Source: Patescibacteria group bacterium (GTDB lineage: Bacteria > Patescibacteriota > Patescibacteriia > UBA2196). From it: a DNA stretch of 64,000 nt. The stretch lies in the NCBI GenBank assembly GCA_028748975.1, contig JAQTPI010000005.1, forward strand, positions 8,933 through 72,932. The letters are read 5' to 3'. The position numbers and the translations under genes were made by a program. This document shows, one piece after another, positions 26,176 to 35,387 of the stretch (its first letter is position 1; every line of letters begins with the position of its first letter). A model generated the notes under the pieces. That model saw only the letters and a program-made list of their open reading frames with translations. It was not told where the DNA came from and did not search any database.

Positions 26176-27906
26176 TTAAAACATTAGAGCAAAAGACAAA
26201 ACTATAAATCCTATACCTAATGGATGGTTTAAGTATGGACTGAAAATGTTTACTGTTAAAAGAGAAATGAGAGCAAGGGCAAAGCCAATTCGTAATCTGT
26301 AATTAGTAATTTGTAATTCGTAATTTGTAATCTGCCCGCCTGTCGGCGAGGCAGATAATTCGTTTTTGACATTTAATATTTGAGCTTTGACATTTACCAA
26401 ACGTTTCAAAATCGTAAAAATTAAAAATAAATAAACTAATATTCCAACCACGCCAAACTTTAGAACCATATCTAGATACCCCCACTCAAAAGCATAGGTG
26501 GTAATTTTTCCGCTGCCGCCGGCGGTTTGCGGCACAAGGCGCGGGTCGTTGGAATTATAGGTTATGGTTTTGCCAAAGCCAAAGCCGATAAAAGGACTTT
26601 TGAGGATTTCCTGCGTTAGGGGCTTAATTTGGCTTATTCTGGAACTGGCAGCCGCGTCTACCCCAAAACGGCCCTGAAGGGCATTTAAAAAGGCATTTTC
26701 GTCCCTCTGAGGAGGCAAAATTAGGGCCAGAAAGGCCACAAAAAGAGCCAAAACAACCACTCCCAGTATTTTAGCAAAATTACGCGCAAAAGCCAGAGCG
26801 CCATTAATCCCGAGCGAGCGGAGCGAGCCGAGGAATCTCATACCCTTTTTACACAAAAAAGATGTGCCGAGATCCCTCGATTCGTCGCTTTCGCTCCTCA
26901 CTCGGGATAAACTACCAACGAGAAAAACAAAAACACCAACGCCGAGACCAACCCAGAAGCTGCGGGAAAACGAGAGAATTAGTGACAAGAGACAAGCGAC
27001 AAGTAACGCGTAATTTGTAATTTGTAATTTGTAATTTGTATTTTTTTTGGAAATTGGAAATTGCCTGCCTGCCGGCGAGGCAGGGAAATTGGAAATTTGG
27101 GGTAATAACAAAAAAAATAAAATTAATAAATATACTTGTGATTGAATAAATATTCTAAAAATATTACCGCTGACGTGGGTGACTTCCCCGCTTAAAGTAT
27201 CGCGGATAAATTTATAAATCGTGGTCCAAAGTCCGCCATCAGCATGCGAAAAAACATAAAAAAGAAAAAGAGTTTTAAGGGAAAGAAAAAGTGCGGCAGC
27301 GGCGAGAATAGAAATTAGTGTATTGGTAAATTCTGATTTTTTTAATTTTACTATTGACAAAACCGGCAATAACAATAAAAAATACAACCAATTATTGAAA
27401 TCTAAAAAGATATTGGCGAAACCATTACCGCGCAGAAGACCGTGGAGAAAGGAAAGTAATAAAATACCGGTGAAAATTAAAAGCCATTTTTTTTCTGTCA
27501 TCCCGAGAGCCGATGGCCATCGGCTCGGTGGGATCTTGTTTGGAGATTGAGATTCCATCGCTCTCCGCCAGCTGGCGGATCGCTCGGAATGACGGATATT
27601 TTTTATTTGATTCACGAGCCACACCGCCATAACTATCAGAAACAACATTACTCTCAAAGAAATTTTTGTGCCGCCGAAGTTGAAACTGAAAAGATAGCCA
27701 AACGAGCCGACAAAAAGTTCGGCGAAAATAAAATATAATCCGTATTCTATTTTTTTTAAAGACAAAATTAAAACCAAAACCGCGAGCGCCCAGAAACAAA
27801 CATTATTTATTAATAAAAATTTCCAACCCAAAAACGATAAAATTTCCGCCACGGCCAGCGAGAAAAAAACGAGCTTAAAAATTTTAAAGTTGATGAGGTT
27901 TGACAT
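26176..27906 (-). CDS. polytopic membrane protein, O-antigen ligase/polymerase-like
   Basis: more than 10 predicted TMs; contains two in-frame MITE insertions and two ITNY heptamer-repeat tracts. Confidence 0.5.
   Translation of the reverse strand: MSNLINFKIFKLVFFSLAVAEILSFLGWKFLLINNVCFWALAVLVLILSLKKIEYGLYFIFAELFVGSFGYLFSFNFGGTKISLRVMLFLIVMAVWLVNQIKNIRHSERSASWRRAMESQSPNKIPPSRWPSALGMTEKKWLLIFTGILLLSFLHGLLRGNGFANIFLDFNNWLYFLLLLPVLSIVKLKKSEFTNTLISILAAAALFLSLKTLFLFYVFSHADGGLWTTIYKFIRDTLSGEVTHVSGNIFRIFIQSQVYLLILFFLLLPQISNFPASPAGRQFPISKKNTNYKLQITNYALLVACLLSLILSFSRSFWVGLGVGVFVFLVGSLSRVRSESDESRDLGTSFLCKKGMRFLGSLRSLGINGALAFARNFAKILGVVVLALFVAFLALILPPQRDENAFLNALQGRFGVDAAASSRISQIKPLTQEILKSPFIGFGFGKTITYNSNDPRLVPQTAGGSGKITTYAFEWGYLDMVLKFGVVGILVYLFLIFTILKRLVNVKAQILNVKNELSASPTGGQITNYELQITNYRLRIGFALALISLLTVNIFSPYLNHPLGIGFIVLSFALMF
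26290..26332. repeat. in-frame heptamer microsatellite (TAATTTG/ATTACAA)n
   Basis: cgtaatctgtaattagtaatttgtaattcgtaatttgtaatctg encodes ITNYELQITNYRLRI; further tracts 27009-27045 and in cysS 31455-31490. Confidence 0.7.
26808..26912. mobile_element. MITE module in-frame in membrane protein
   Basis: cccgagcgagcggagcgagccgaggaatctc...gagatccctcgattcgtcgctttcgctcctcactcgggataaac. Confidence 0.6.
27496..27593. mobile_element. MITE-like element (family A) in-frame in membrane protein
   Basis: tgtcatcccgagagccgatggccatcggctcggtggg...ctctccgccagctggcggatcgctcggaatgac. Confidence 0.65.
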
Positions 27907-27978
27907 TATTTTTTGGGTATGCTACGCTTAAATTGATAGTGATGATCCACTCAAAAAAACAAAAAAGGAGGTTAAACA

Positions 27979-28197
27979 ATGGGCAATCATTTTGTCGTTC
28001 TTAAATCAAATTTACTTGGTTCTCTTGAAGACCCACTGTATCGACAGATTATGGGCTGTACTTTTAGTGAAAAAGAGCTTCGGGCTTGGGCAAAAGAATC
28101 TTTTGCTGTACCAAATGGGGTATCCTTTCGAAAAATCGCCCGTGTCATTGCAAAAAGTGGCTGGGTTTTAACAAAAATTATTCCAACAAAAACTTGA
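27979..28197 (+). CDS. small hypothetical protein
   Basis: 72 aa, SD aaaaggagg, followed by terminator. Confidence 0.5.
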   Translation: MGNHFVVLKSNLLGSLEDPLYRQIMGCTFSEKELRAWAKESFAVPNGVSFRKIARVIAKSGWVLTKIIPTKT

Positions 28198-28211
28198 GTT
28201 GGTTTTCATCT

Positions 28212-28244
28212 TGTAGCCTCGAGGTTTATCGAGGCTTTTTGTTT
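28212..28244 (+). terminator. rho-independent terminator
   Basis: gtagcctcgaggtttatcgaggctttttgtttt. Confidence 0.7.
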
Positions 28245-29308
28245 TACAAATTTTTATTCTTCCCAAAAATTTTTCTGACGCCGATTACGCTATCTAACCA
28301 AGTCAATAATAAATTTATCGGCTGGAGGAGCCACAAAATAAATAATTGCCAGAATGGTTTGTGTTTGCGGAAATAGTGATATAAGCTTTTATTGAAATTA
28401 ATTTGTTTGCGCAGGCTGGCTACTTGTTTAAAACTTTGTTCTTTATGATGAATAATCTGCCAATTGGGGAAAAAATATGTTTTGTAGCCGGCGGATTTGG
28501 CGCGGAGGCAGAAATCCACTTCTTCAAAAACCGCCCAGAAGTTTTCATCTAAAAGACCGATTTTATTAAACACTTCCCTTTTAATCAACATGGCGGCGCC
28601 CATGATTTGGTCAACTTCCCTAATTTCGTCGTGCTTAAAATCCAGCATAAAATATTCTTTAATAGAATCTATTTTTTCCGGAAAGAAATTATAAAATTTT
28701 AGTTGGACAAAAATTTGGTCTAATAATTTGGGAAACCGGCGGCAGGATTTTTGGAGAGTGCCGTCGGAATTAAGAAGTTTGGGACCCAGAATTCCGCAAG
28801 CTGGGTGCATTTTTATAAATTCTATTGCTTTTTCAATTCCATTATTAATAAGTTCGGTGTCGGGATTTAAAAGTAAAATAAAATCATTCTTACTTGTCAT
28901 CCCGGGCCGCGACACGGGATCCAGAAAAAAAGTTCCTGGATTCCGGCCTTCGCCGGAATGACAAACTATTTTTAAGGCTTGATTGTTGGCCTTGGCAAAT
29001 CCCAGATTTTCTTTATTAGCAATAATCTGTAAGTTTTCCAAATTATTTTCTTTTTTAAATTCTGCTACCGCCGCCACTGTGCCGTCGGAAGAATTATTAT
29101 CTACTAGAAAAACTTCCGTCAAGATTCCCGCCTGCGCCTGCTTCGCCGCCCGCTTCGACTCGGTCGAATCGAGGCGAGAATCAAGGCGAGCGGGAATGAC
29201 ATTATGAAAATAATCAAAAATTGACCTTAAACATTTTAAGGTCAATTCGCGGGTATTCCAGGAAACAATAATAATAGAGAGGGACATAATATTTATAAGA
29301 CCGGGCAA
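28244..29308 (-). CDS. family 2 glycosyltransferase with two in-frame element insertions
   Basis: IIIVSWNTRE...VFLVDNNSSDGT GT2 motifs. Confidence 0.8.
   Translation of the reverse strand: MPGLINIMSLSIIIVSWNTRELTLKCLRSIFDYFHNVIPARLDSRLDSTESKRAAKQAQAGILTEVFLVDNNSSDGTVAAVAEFKKENNLENLQIIANKENLGFAKANNQALKIVCHSGEGRNPGTFFLDPVSRPGMTSKNDFILLLNPDTELINNGIEKAIEFIKMHPACGILGPKLLNSDGTLQKSCRRFPKLLDQIFVQLKFYNFFPEKIDSIKEYFMLDFKHDEIREVDQIMGAAMLIKREVFNKIGLLDENFWAVFEEVDFCLRAKSAGYKTYFFPNWQIIHHKEQSFKQVASLRKQINFNKSLYHYFRKHKPFWQLFILWLLQPINLLLTWLDSVIGVRKIFGKNKNL
28905..28963. mobile_element. MITE-like element (family A) in-frame in GT2 gene
   Basis: tgtcatcccgggccgcgacacgggatcc...ggattccggccttcgccggaatgaca encodes CHSGEGRNPGTFFLDPVSRPGMT. 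Confidence 0.65.
29124..29201. mobile_element. palindromic element in-frame in GT2 gene
   Basis: gattcccgcctgcgcctgcttcgccgcccgcttcgactcggtcgaatcgaggcgagaatcaaggcgagcgggaatgaca encodes ARLDSRLDSTESKRAAKQAQAG. Confidence 0.6.
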
Positions 29309-30252
29309 GTATTGGTACTAATGTGTATATGAGTTGATTCTGGATAATATTTTCCACCATTACCTTCCACTAGTATTTTTAATATAGCTGCTTTTTGACT
29401 ATTTAAATTTTGAATATCAATGGCATATGAACCGTCTTTTTTATTATTACCATAATGGCAAGAACCATTCGCGTGATAACAGCAACTATCTCCGTCGTGG
29501 TCTTTATTATCATTGGGGCATTGTCCAAGATAATGATCACGGCAAGTAACTAAACCATGATTATCACTAATAGATGTAATAATTATATCGGAGACAGATA
29601 AGGTTACATTATTGATTGTTTTTGGCAATTTATCATAAATTTTTGCTAAAAATTTTGCTAAGGAAGGAGAAACATCTTGACATTGACTTGATTTTATACC
29701 AAAAATTTGAAATCCCAAACAACTATTACCGGTGATTGGCGGTGTCGTACCAACTGACCCATTATTTTGTTGGATTGATTGAGTATCAATTGCCGGTTCG
29801 CTAATACATTCCAATTTATTCCATTTGCCTCCTAAGGAAAAAACAGAAGCATCATTGGCGGTGAATTTTTCTATAATTAAATTGACACCCACCCAGGCAA
29901 AATAGATAATCAAAATGCCGGTTAAAGAACCGATGATTTTGGTCCGAGCGGATTTGATTTTATCGGGCGAGCCGGCACTGATGATCATTTCCAAACCAGC
30001 CCAGACAAACATGAGGAGCGAAGCGACGCCAGCCAGCATCAAAATTAGCCGCACAATCTTATTGATCATGGCGACAATGTCGCAAGTGCCACAACCGCCG
30101 GGTGTGTCGTAGCAGGGCATACACAGCAAACTGTCGCCACAATTTAGGGTTGAGGCAGAAGCCGCTAAAACGGCGATGGGGGTTAAAATTACGACCATTA
30201 AAATTAGGGGGAAAAGTAGATGTTTCATAAAATCATTATAGCATAAAAGCAT
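29293..30252 (-). CDS. membrane-anchored protein with C-terminal peptidase M15 (DUF882/YcbK-like) domain
   Basis: signal peptide, Cys-rich segment, two-TM hairpin; C-terminus H..G(ins)GSYAIDI and YPESTHIHIS resembling M15 zinc ligand motifs. Confidence 0.5.
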   Translation of the reverse strand: MLLCYNDFMKHLLFPLILMVVILTPIAVLAASASTLNCGDSLLCMPCYDTPGGCGTCDIVAMINKIVRLILMLAGVASLLMFVWAGLEMIISAGSPDKIKSARTKIIGSLTGILIIYFAWVGVNLIIEKFTANDASVFSLGGKWNKLECISEPAIDTQSIQQNNGSVGTTPPITGNSCLGFQIFGIKSSQCQDVSPSLAKFLAKIYDKLPKTINNVTLSVSDIIITSISDNHGLVTCRDHYLGQCPNDNKDHDGDSCCYHANGSCHYGNNKKDGSYAIDIQNLNSQKAAILKILVEGNGGKYYPESTHIHISTNTCPVL

Positions 30253-30345
30253 TAAAGCATAAAAGCATTAAAGCAACAATATGTGCCTAGCGGCGAAATC
30301 AATAAACACCCCTCCGCCAGCTGGCGGACCCTTCCTTTTCAAAGA

Positions 30346-30374
30346 TGGGAGAAAAATGCTAAAATATAGACATG
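30346..30374 (+). promoter_or_regulatory. TGCTAAAAT-N6-ATG arrangement (cysS)
   Basis: aaatgctaaaatatagacATG. Confidence 0.45.
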
Positions 30375-31814
30375 AAACTATTCAACACCCTTGGCCGGAA
30401 AATGGAAGAATTCAAGCCCATTAAAAAGGGCCGGGTTTTGATGTATCATTGCGGGCCGACGGTCTATTGGACGCAGCACCTGGGCAACATGCGCGCCATG
30501 GTGCTCGCCGATTTAATTCGCCGGAGTTTTGAATATCTGGATTATAAAATAAAATTTGTGAGAAATTATACTGATGTCGGACATATGGTTTCTAATGCTG
30601 ACGAGGGCGAAGATAAAATGGAAAAAGCCGCGAAGCGTGACCGACTTTCGCCGGATGAAGTGGCGGAAAAATATATTAAAATTTTTGAAGCCGATACCAA
30701 AGCTCTGAATATTTTGGAGCCAACTAAAAAACCACGGGCGACAGAATGCATTAAAGAAATTATTAAAATGGTACAAATTCTTTTAGAAAAAGGTTTTGCC
30801 TATTCCACTGATTTGGCAATTTATTTTGATGTGAGTAAAGCAAAAAATTATACGGCCCTTTCCAGACAAAATTTAGAAGAAAATATCAAGGACGCGGGCA
30901 AAGGCGAGGTTTTTGACCCGCAAAAAAAACGCGCCGCTGATTTCGCTTTGTGGTTTTTTAAAGCTGGCAGTCACCAAAATGCTTTACAGTTTTGGAAATC
31001 GCCTTTTTCTTCCCCACTTGTTAAAAATGGCGAAGGTTTTCCTGGCTGGCATATTGAATGCAGTGTTATGGCAAAGAAATTTTTGGGCGACACGATTGAC
31101 GTTCATATGGGCGGAATTGAACACGTGCCAGTGCATCACACTAATGAAATTGCGCAAAGCGAGGCGGCTAGTGGGGTTAAATTTGTCAATTATTGGCTTC
31201 ATAATGAGCATTTATTGGTTAATGATGGAAAGATGAGTAAATCCGCGGGTACGAGTTACACGGTGCAAGATATTTTGGACAAAGGTTATAATCCTTTGGT
31301 TTTACGTTATTTCTTTTTACAGGCACATTACCGGTCAAAACAGAATTTTACGTTTGAAGCGCTGGAAGCGGCAAAAATTGCATATAATAAATTAAGCGAA
31401 TTTTTGAGTGAACAGCCAACAATTAACAATCAACAATTAACAAAAGGCAAAACTACAGATTACAAATTACTAATTACAAATTACAAAAATAGATTTATAG
31501 ATTATATTTCCGATGATTTTAATGTTCCCGGCGCGCTATCTTTGATCTGGGAGATTATAAAAGACGGCACACTTTCCTACTCCGAGAAAAAAAAATTAAT
31601 TCTGGACTTTGATAAAGTTTTGGGTTTGGGTTTGGATAAAATTAAAAAAGAAAAAATTGAAATTCCGGCGAAGGTAAAAAATTTAGTTAAAGAACGGGAA
31701 AAGGCCCGAGCAGATAAGCATTGGCAAAAAGCTGACGAACTGCGAGATAAAATTTATGATTTAGGATTTACAATTGAAGACACGGCTGATGGCACAAAAA
31801 TTGAAAAAAAATAA
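30372..31814 (+). CDS. cysS: cysteinyl-tRNA synthetase
   Basis: CGPTVY...HLGN (HIGH), KMSKS, zinc-binding Cys. Confidence 0.9.
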   Translation: MKLFNTLGRKMEEFKPIKKGRVLMYHCGPTVYWTQHLGNMRAMVLADLIRRSFEYLDYKIKFVRNYTDVGHMVSNADEGEDKMEKAAKRDRLSPDEVAEKYIKIFEADTKALNILEPTKKPRATECIKEIIKMVQILLEKGFAYSTDLAIYFDVSKAKNYTALSRQNLEENIKDAGKGEVFDPQKKRAADFALWFFKAGSHQNALQFWKSPFSSPLVKNGEGFPGWHIECSVMAKKFLGDTIDVHMGGIEHVPVHHTNEIAQSEAASGVKFVNYWLHNEHLLVNDGKMSKSAGTSYTVQDILDKGYNPLVLRYFFLQAHYRSKQNFTFEALEAAKIAYNKLSEFLSEQPTINNQQLTKGKTTDYKLLITNYKNRFIDYISDDFNVPGALSLIWEIIKDGTLSYSEKKKLILDFDKVLGLGLDKIKKEKIEIPAKVKNLVKEREKARADKHWQKADELRDKIYDLGFTIEDTADGTKIEKK

Positions 31815-31817
31815 AGG

Positions 31818-31846
31818 CCGACGAAAGTCGACCTTTTTGATTGTAT
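31818..31846 (+). terminator. rho-independent terminator
   Basis: aaaggccgacgaaagtcgacctttttg. Confidence 0.6.
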
Positions 31847-31851
31847 TGAAT

Positions 31852-32553
31852 TTATATCTTGAAGGGAACCCGCATCTTATCATCTACTTGATGTGTTCTG
31901 TAGTATTCATCGTCACGCCACTCATTAAAACCGGGGACAGAGGGATTGGGGGGTGTAAATTTACTTTGCCAGTAAATTGGCTTCCAGTCCGTATCATTAC
32001 CAATCATCATATCACAATCATTAACAGGCACTAATTGCTTTGTCAACGCGCACATAACTTTAATGCCAATATTAAATTTTGCACAACCAGCGCCAGAATG
32101 AAAATCATATTTACTTGGCACAAATGGGCTAATGCCTCGTTTGTAACATTCAGATCGTGGCGCATAAGACGGCGTATAATAACCCGAAGGATCAGTCCAA
32201 TCGTTAGTAGAAACAGTTTCGTCTCCCCAATGTTCCAGATGATTTGCTTTCAATTGTTCAAGTTTTTTTGCCTCTGCCCCAATACGTTGACCTTCTTTTA
32301 TGTACCAGGGTTTTTTCTTATAGTCTAAATCCGGATAGGTTTTTAGTCCGGATGGCGCTTTAAAGGTCTTGAAAATCAAGCTTCCAATCACCGGGAGATT
32401 ACACTGGCTGGCGAAAATTCGCCATTTTTCATTGTTGTATTCCTGAATCGGCCGAGAATGGATGATTTGTTTATTCACCAGCGCCGCGGCTTGGATATCC
32501 AGCCATTCTTCAAAATTAACTATTTCTAAACATTGCTGGCAACCCTTTTGCAT
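31852..32553 (-). CDS. hypothetical protein (start placed at internal Met MQKGCQQC...)
   Basis: ORF track 31852..32664; upstream part overlaps a separate SD-led small ORF in another frame. Confidence 0.4.
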   Translation of the reverse strand: MQKGCQQCLEIVNFEEWLDIQAAALVNKQIIHSRPIQEYNNEKWRIFASQCNLPVIGSLIFKTFKAPSGLKTYPDLDYKKKPWYIKEGQRIGAEAKKLEQLKANHLEHWGDETVSTNDWTDPSGYYTPSYAPRSECYKRGISPFVPSKYDFHSGAGCAKFNIGIKVMCALTKQLVPVNDCDMMIGNDTDWKPIYWQSKFTPPNPSVPGFNEWRDDEYYRTHQVDDKMRVPFKI

Positions 32554-32587
32554 TTTTTCCTCCTGGTTTTTTGGTAACGACAGGTAT

Positions 32588-32764
32588 TTATCTTGTTTTG
32601 TTTTTTTGTCTTTTAGAAGCTGATTTGATTTTACTGGCCGTAAAATCCTTCCATAATTTATCACCGTCGGTTTGTCCGATTTCGTCCGTGCGCAGGACGT
32701 TTGTAGGTTTGATTTTTTCTTTTTGAATTAGAGAGAGTTCCGCTTGCTTTTTTCCCTTTTTCAT
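32588..32764 (-). CDS. small lysine-rich protein (58 aa)
   Basis: SD aaggaggaagt then ATG; MKKGKKQAELSLIQKEKIKPTNVLRTDEIGQTDGDKLWKDFTASKIKSASKRQKNKTR; TAA stop. Confidence 0.4.
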   Translation of the reverse strand: MKKGKKQAELSLIQKEKIKPTNVLRTDEIGQTDGDKLWKDFTASKIKSASKRQKNKTR

Positions 32765-32824
32765 ACTTCCTCCTTGGTTTTGAGTTGATAAAGATCAAAT
32801 TTTATGATAAAATTATCTTAGCAT

Positions 32825-33901
32825 ATGCCTATTTTTTGGTCAAAATTTAAGAAACCGATTCTGGCTTTGGCGCCGATGGCCGGGTACACAGACTCGGCTT
32901 TTCGCATTTTATGTTTGGAAAACGGCGCGGATGTGGTTTACACAGAAATGATTTCCGCCGAAGGACTGGCGCGGCAAAACAAGAAAACATTAAAGATGTT
33001 GGAATTTTTACCGGGCGAGAAAAATGTGATTGTGCAGTTGTTTGGAACAAATCCGGAGGCTTTTGGGAAAGCAACGGAGATTATAGGTAAAAGATCCCAT
33101 CGGTCCGCCGTCAGCGGACCTCGGGATGACATCAACCCCATCGTGGGGATTGATGTCAACTTCGGCTGTCCAGCCAAAAAGGTTTTTCATACCGGCGCTG
33201 GGGCGGCACTCATGAATAATAAAAAAATGGCGCGAGAGATTGTGGAGGCGGTTTTAAAAAATACTAAGCTGCCGGTGTCCATTAAAATTCGCAGTCAAGT
33301 GAAAAACACCACGGCAGAAGAATTTATAGAATATCTGAAAGATCTGCCAATCGCCATGGTGATGGTTCATGGCCGGACACTGGCGCAGGGTTTTTCTGGC
33401 GAGATTAATTATGAAGCGATAAAAAACATTAAAAAACTTTTACCAAAAGTGATTGTTCTTGGTAATGGCGGAATCAATTCAGTGGAAGACGCGAGAATAA
33501 TGTTGGAAAAAACCGGTTGTGATGGGGTGGGTATTGCTAGAGGCGCGTTAGGCCAGCCGTGGATATTTGGAGATATAAAAAAATATTACAACCACCCTGG
33601 TCCGATACTACATCGGACCACCCCTCCTTTAAAAGGAGGGGATGCCACCGTCGCTATCCTCCCCTTTCGAAGGGGAGGTGCTCCGACCGCAGTCGGAGCG
33701 GAGGGGTTGAAGATCTGGCCGGAAATAAAATCTACCATGCTTGCTCATGCCAAGCTTTTTCTCAAACAAAATGAAAATTTAATTCCTCTGCGCAAACACT
33801 TAGTTCATTATGTCAAAGGTCTGCCGAACGCTTCGGAATTGCGGCAGAAATTGATTCAAGTGGAAACATTGGCGGAGCTTGAGAAAATTTTAAAGAAATA
33901 A
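32825..33901 (+). CDS. dusB: tRNA-dihydrouridine synthase
   Basis: LAPMAGYTD...FRILC TIM-barrel Dus signature; two in-frame element insertions. Confidence 0.85.
   Translation: MPIFWSKFKKPILALAPMAGYTDSAFRILCLENGADVVYTEMISAEGLARQNKKTLKMLEFLPGEKNVIVQLFGTNPEAFGKATEIIGKRSHRSAVSGPRDDINPIVGIDVNFGCPAKKVFHTGAGAALMNNKKMAREIVEAVLKNTKLPVSIKIRSQVKNTTAEEFIEYLKDLPIAMVMVHGRTLAQGFSGEINYEAIKNIKKLLPKVIVLGNGGINSVEDARIMLEKTGCDGVGIARGALGQPWIFGDIKKYYNHPGPILHRTTPPLKGGDATVAILPFRRGGAPTAVGAEGLKIWPEIKSTMLAHAKLFLKQNENLIPLRKHLVHYVKGLPNASELRQKLIQVETLAELEKILKK
33094..33131. mobile_element. short palindromic module in-frame in dusB
   Basis: atcccatcggtccgccgtcagcggacctcgggatgaca. Confidence 0.5.
33621..33705. mobile_element. 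paired-hairpin element (family B) in-frame in dusB
   Basis: cccctcctttaaaaggagggg...cctcccctttcgaaggggagg... encodes TTPPLKGGDATVAILPFRRGGAPTAVGAEG. Confidence 0.6.
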
Positions 33902-33902
33902 A

Positions 33903-33935
33903 AAGGCCGTCGTGAGATGCGACGGCTTTGCACAA
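33903..33935 (+). terminator. hairpin terminator (weak T tract)
   Basis: aaaaggccgtcgtgagatgcgacggctttgcac. Confidence 0.45.
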
Positions 33936-33941
33936 ATATTT

Positions 33942-34226
33942 TTATTGGCTGTATTTTTTGAGCCAATTTTCAACTTCTGATAGATGAAGGCCCGAAATCA
34001 GAGCAAGAGCTTTCTTGTTGCGTTTACCACCAATGTTGTGGATTTCAAAAAATCTCCAACAAAGGTTTCCCGCAAGATTCCGGTAAAATCTTCGAAAATC
34101 ATTTACGAGTTTTTTACTTTCCTTCATTGATGAAAAACGAGAAAATCTTATCTCAATAACCAGAAAACCATCGCTTACTCCGGCTGTAAAAAAATCTTCT
34201 CGTTCTACTATTGTTGTTCTAAGCAT
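33942..34226 (-). CDS. hypothetical protein (94 aa)
   Basis: ORF only; faint LAGLIDADG-like FTAGVSDGF too degenerate to call. Confidence 0.3.
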   Translation of the reverse strand: MLRTTIVEREDFFTAGVSDGFLVIEIRFSRFSSMKESKKLVNDFRRFYRNLAGNLCWRFFEIHNIGGKRNKKALALISGLHLSEVENWLKKYSQ

Positions 34227-34312
34227 GACTAATTCCCCCTGTTTAGTTTTTCCTCCAATAATGAATTGTGTTTTTACCTTATCATAGTTAATTTAATAAT
34301 GTCAAATAACCT

Positions 34313-34363
34313 TGAGATCCCTCGGCTCTTAACTTCCCTATGAGGCCGCTCGGGATAAACTGC
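34313..34363. mobile_element. MITE module (gagatccctcg...cgggataaac)
   Basis: ttgagatccctcggctcttaacttccctatgaggccgctcgggataaactgc. Confidence 0.55.
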
Positions 34364-34377
34364 TGAATTAAAACAAT

Positions 34378-35310
34378 CTACGGCTGTAAAATATCTTCAG
34401 TCCGGCCGTTGATGGAAATTATGATGCTACTGACGGTGGAAAATTGTTTTAGAGTTTCGGAAATTTGCGCGCGGATGGCCGTGACGCGGCAAGAACCACC
34501 CACCCCACTCTCCAAATCAGAACTGAAATCTACTTTGGCCACGCCGTCTGTAATTTCTAATTTTTGAATTTTCACGCCAGCAGGAATGGTGGTGGTAAAA
34601 CCTAAATCTTTTTCGGCCTGGCTCGGGCCTTTCAAAAGTTCTTCCAAAGCCACGCGGGCGATGCCTTCAGTTTTATCCACTTCCCTTTCCACCGCTAAAA
34701 ATTTGCTGCAATCATAATCAGTGGACGCGTCCAGTTCGGAATTTTGAAAAAATACTTTCACTTTTATTTTTCCGTTTGATTTTAGGTATTGTATCGGGAT
34801 GTTTAAACTGTCATTGTTTTGCGGCAAACCCGACGGATTATCGCGCGCTAAAATTAGGCGGCCGCTGCCATCGGCGGAAGCGATATATTTTAATTCTGCC
34901 TGAAAAGGCACAAAATTTTCCGTCATCCAATCACTCTGGGCTTCCGCGATGCCGGTACCCAAAACATTGCCTTGCGCGTCAATTAATTTAACCGGAAACG
35001 AGGCTTCAAAAAACCAAAAGCCGCGCGCCTGACCTTTAATAATAATTGGATTCCCCACCAAGGTGAGCGGCCGCGGTTCGTCCACTCGAATGGTATTTTC
35101 TTTTTCCAATAAATTTCCAATATCTTCAGTAAAAGTTTTTCCATTAGCATTACAGCGCCTGGGATAACTTTCCATAATTGGATTGCCGGCGGCCGCGCAG
35201 TCGGCAAAATTTGTTATTTCAGTTTTCTCCGGTCGGTAGAATTGATGGTAAGCAAAATAACCCGCGACAATAATCAATAAAATGACGATAAAAGTAAGGA
35301 GTTTTTTCAT
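34378..35310 (-). CDS. Gmad2/GerMN-domain lipoprotein-like protein
   Basis: N-terminal TM, sporulation/germination GerMN-like C-terminal half. Confidence 0.6.
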   Translation of the reverse strand: MKKLLTFIVILLIIVAGYFAYHQFYRPEKTEITNFADCAAAGNPIMESYPRRCNANGKTFTEDIGNLLEKENTIRVDEPRPLTLVGNPIIIKGQARGFWFFEASFPVKLIDAQGNVLGTGIAEAQSDWMTENFVPFQAELKYIASADGSGRLILARDNPSGLPQNNDSLNIPIQYLKSNGKIKVKVFFQNSELDASTDYDCSKFLAVEREVDKTEGIARVALEELLKGPSQAEKDLGFTTTIPAGVKIQKLEITDGVAKVDFSSDLESGVGGSCRVTAIRAQISETLKQFSTVSSIIISINGRTEDILQP

Positions 35311-35387
35311 ATTTTTTGAATATTTAATTAAATTAAGTGTAGCAAAAATACAATAAAAAATCCACCTCTTGGCTCTAGGTATTTAAT

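Noticed and set aside
27979-28197. HicA-like toxin
   Set aside because: Some C-terminal similarity (KSGWVLTKI) but the conserved GSH motif is missing and no HicB-like partner gene adjacent.
33942-34226. Degenerate LAGLIDADG homing endonuclease
   Set aside because: Only a faint FTAGVSDGF resemblance; 94 aa is far too short and no second motif; left as hypothetical.
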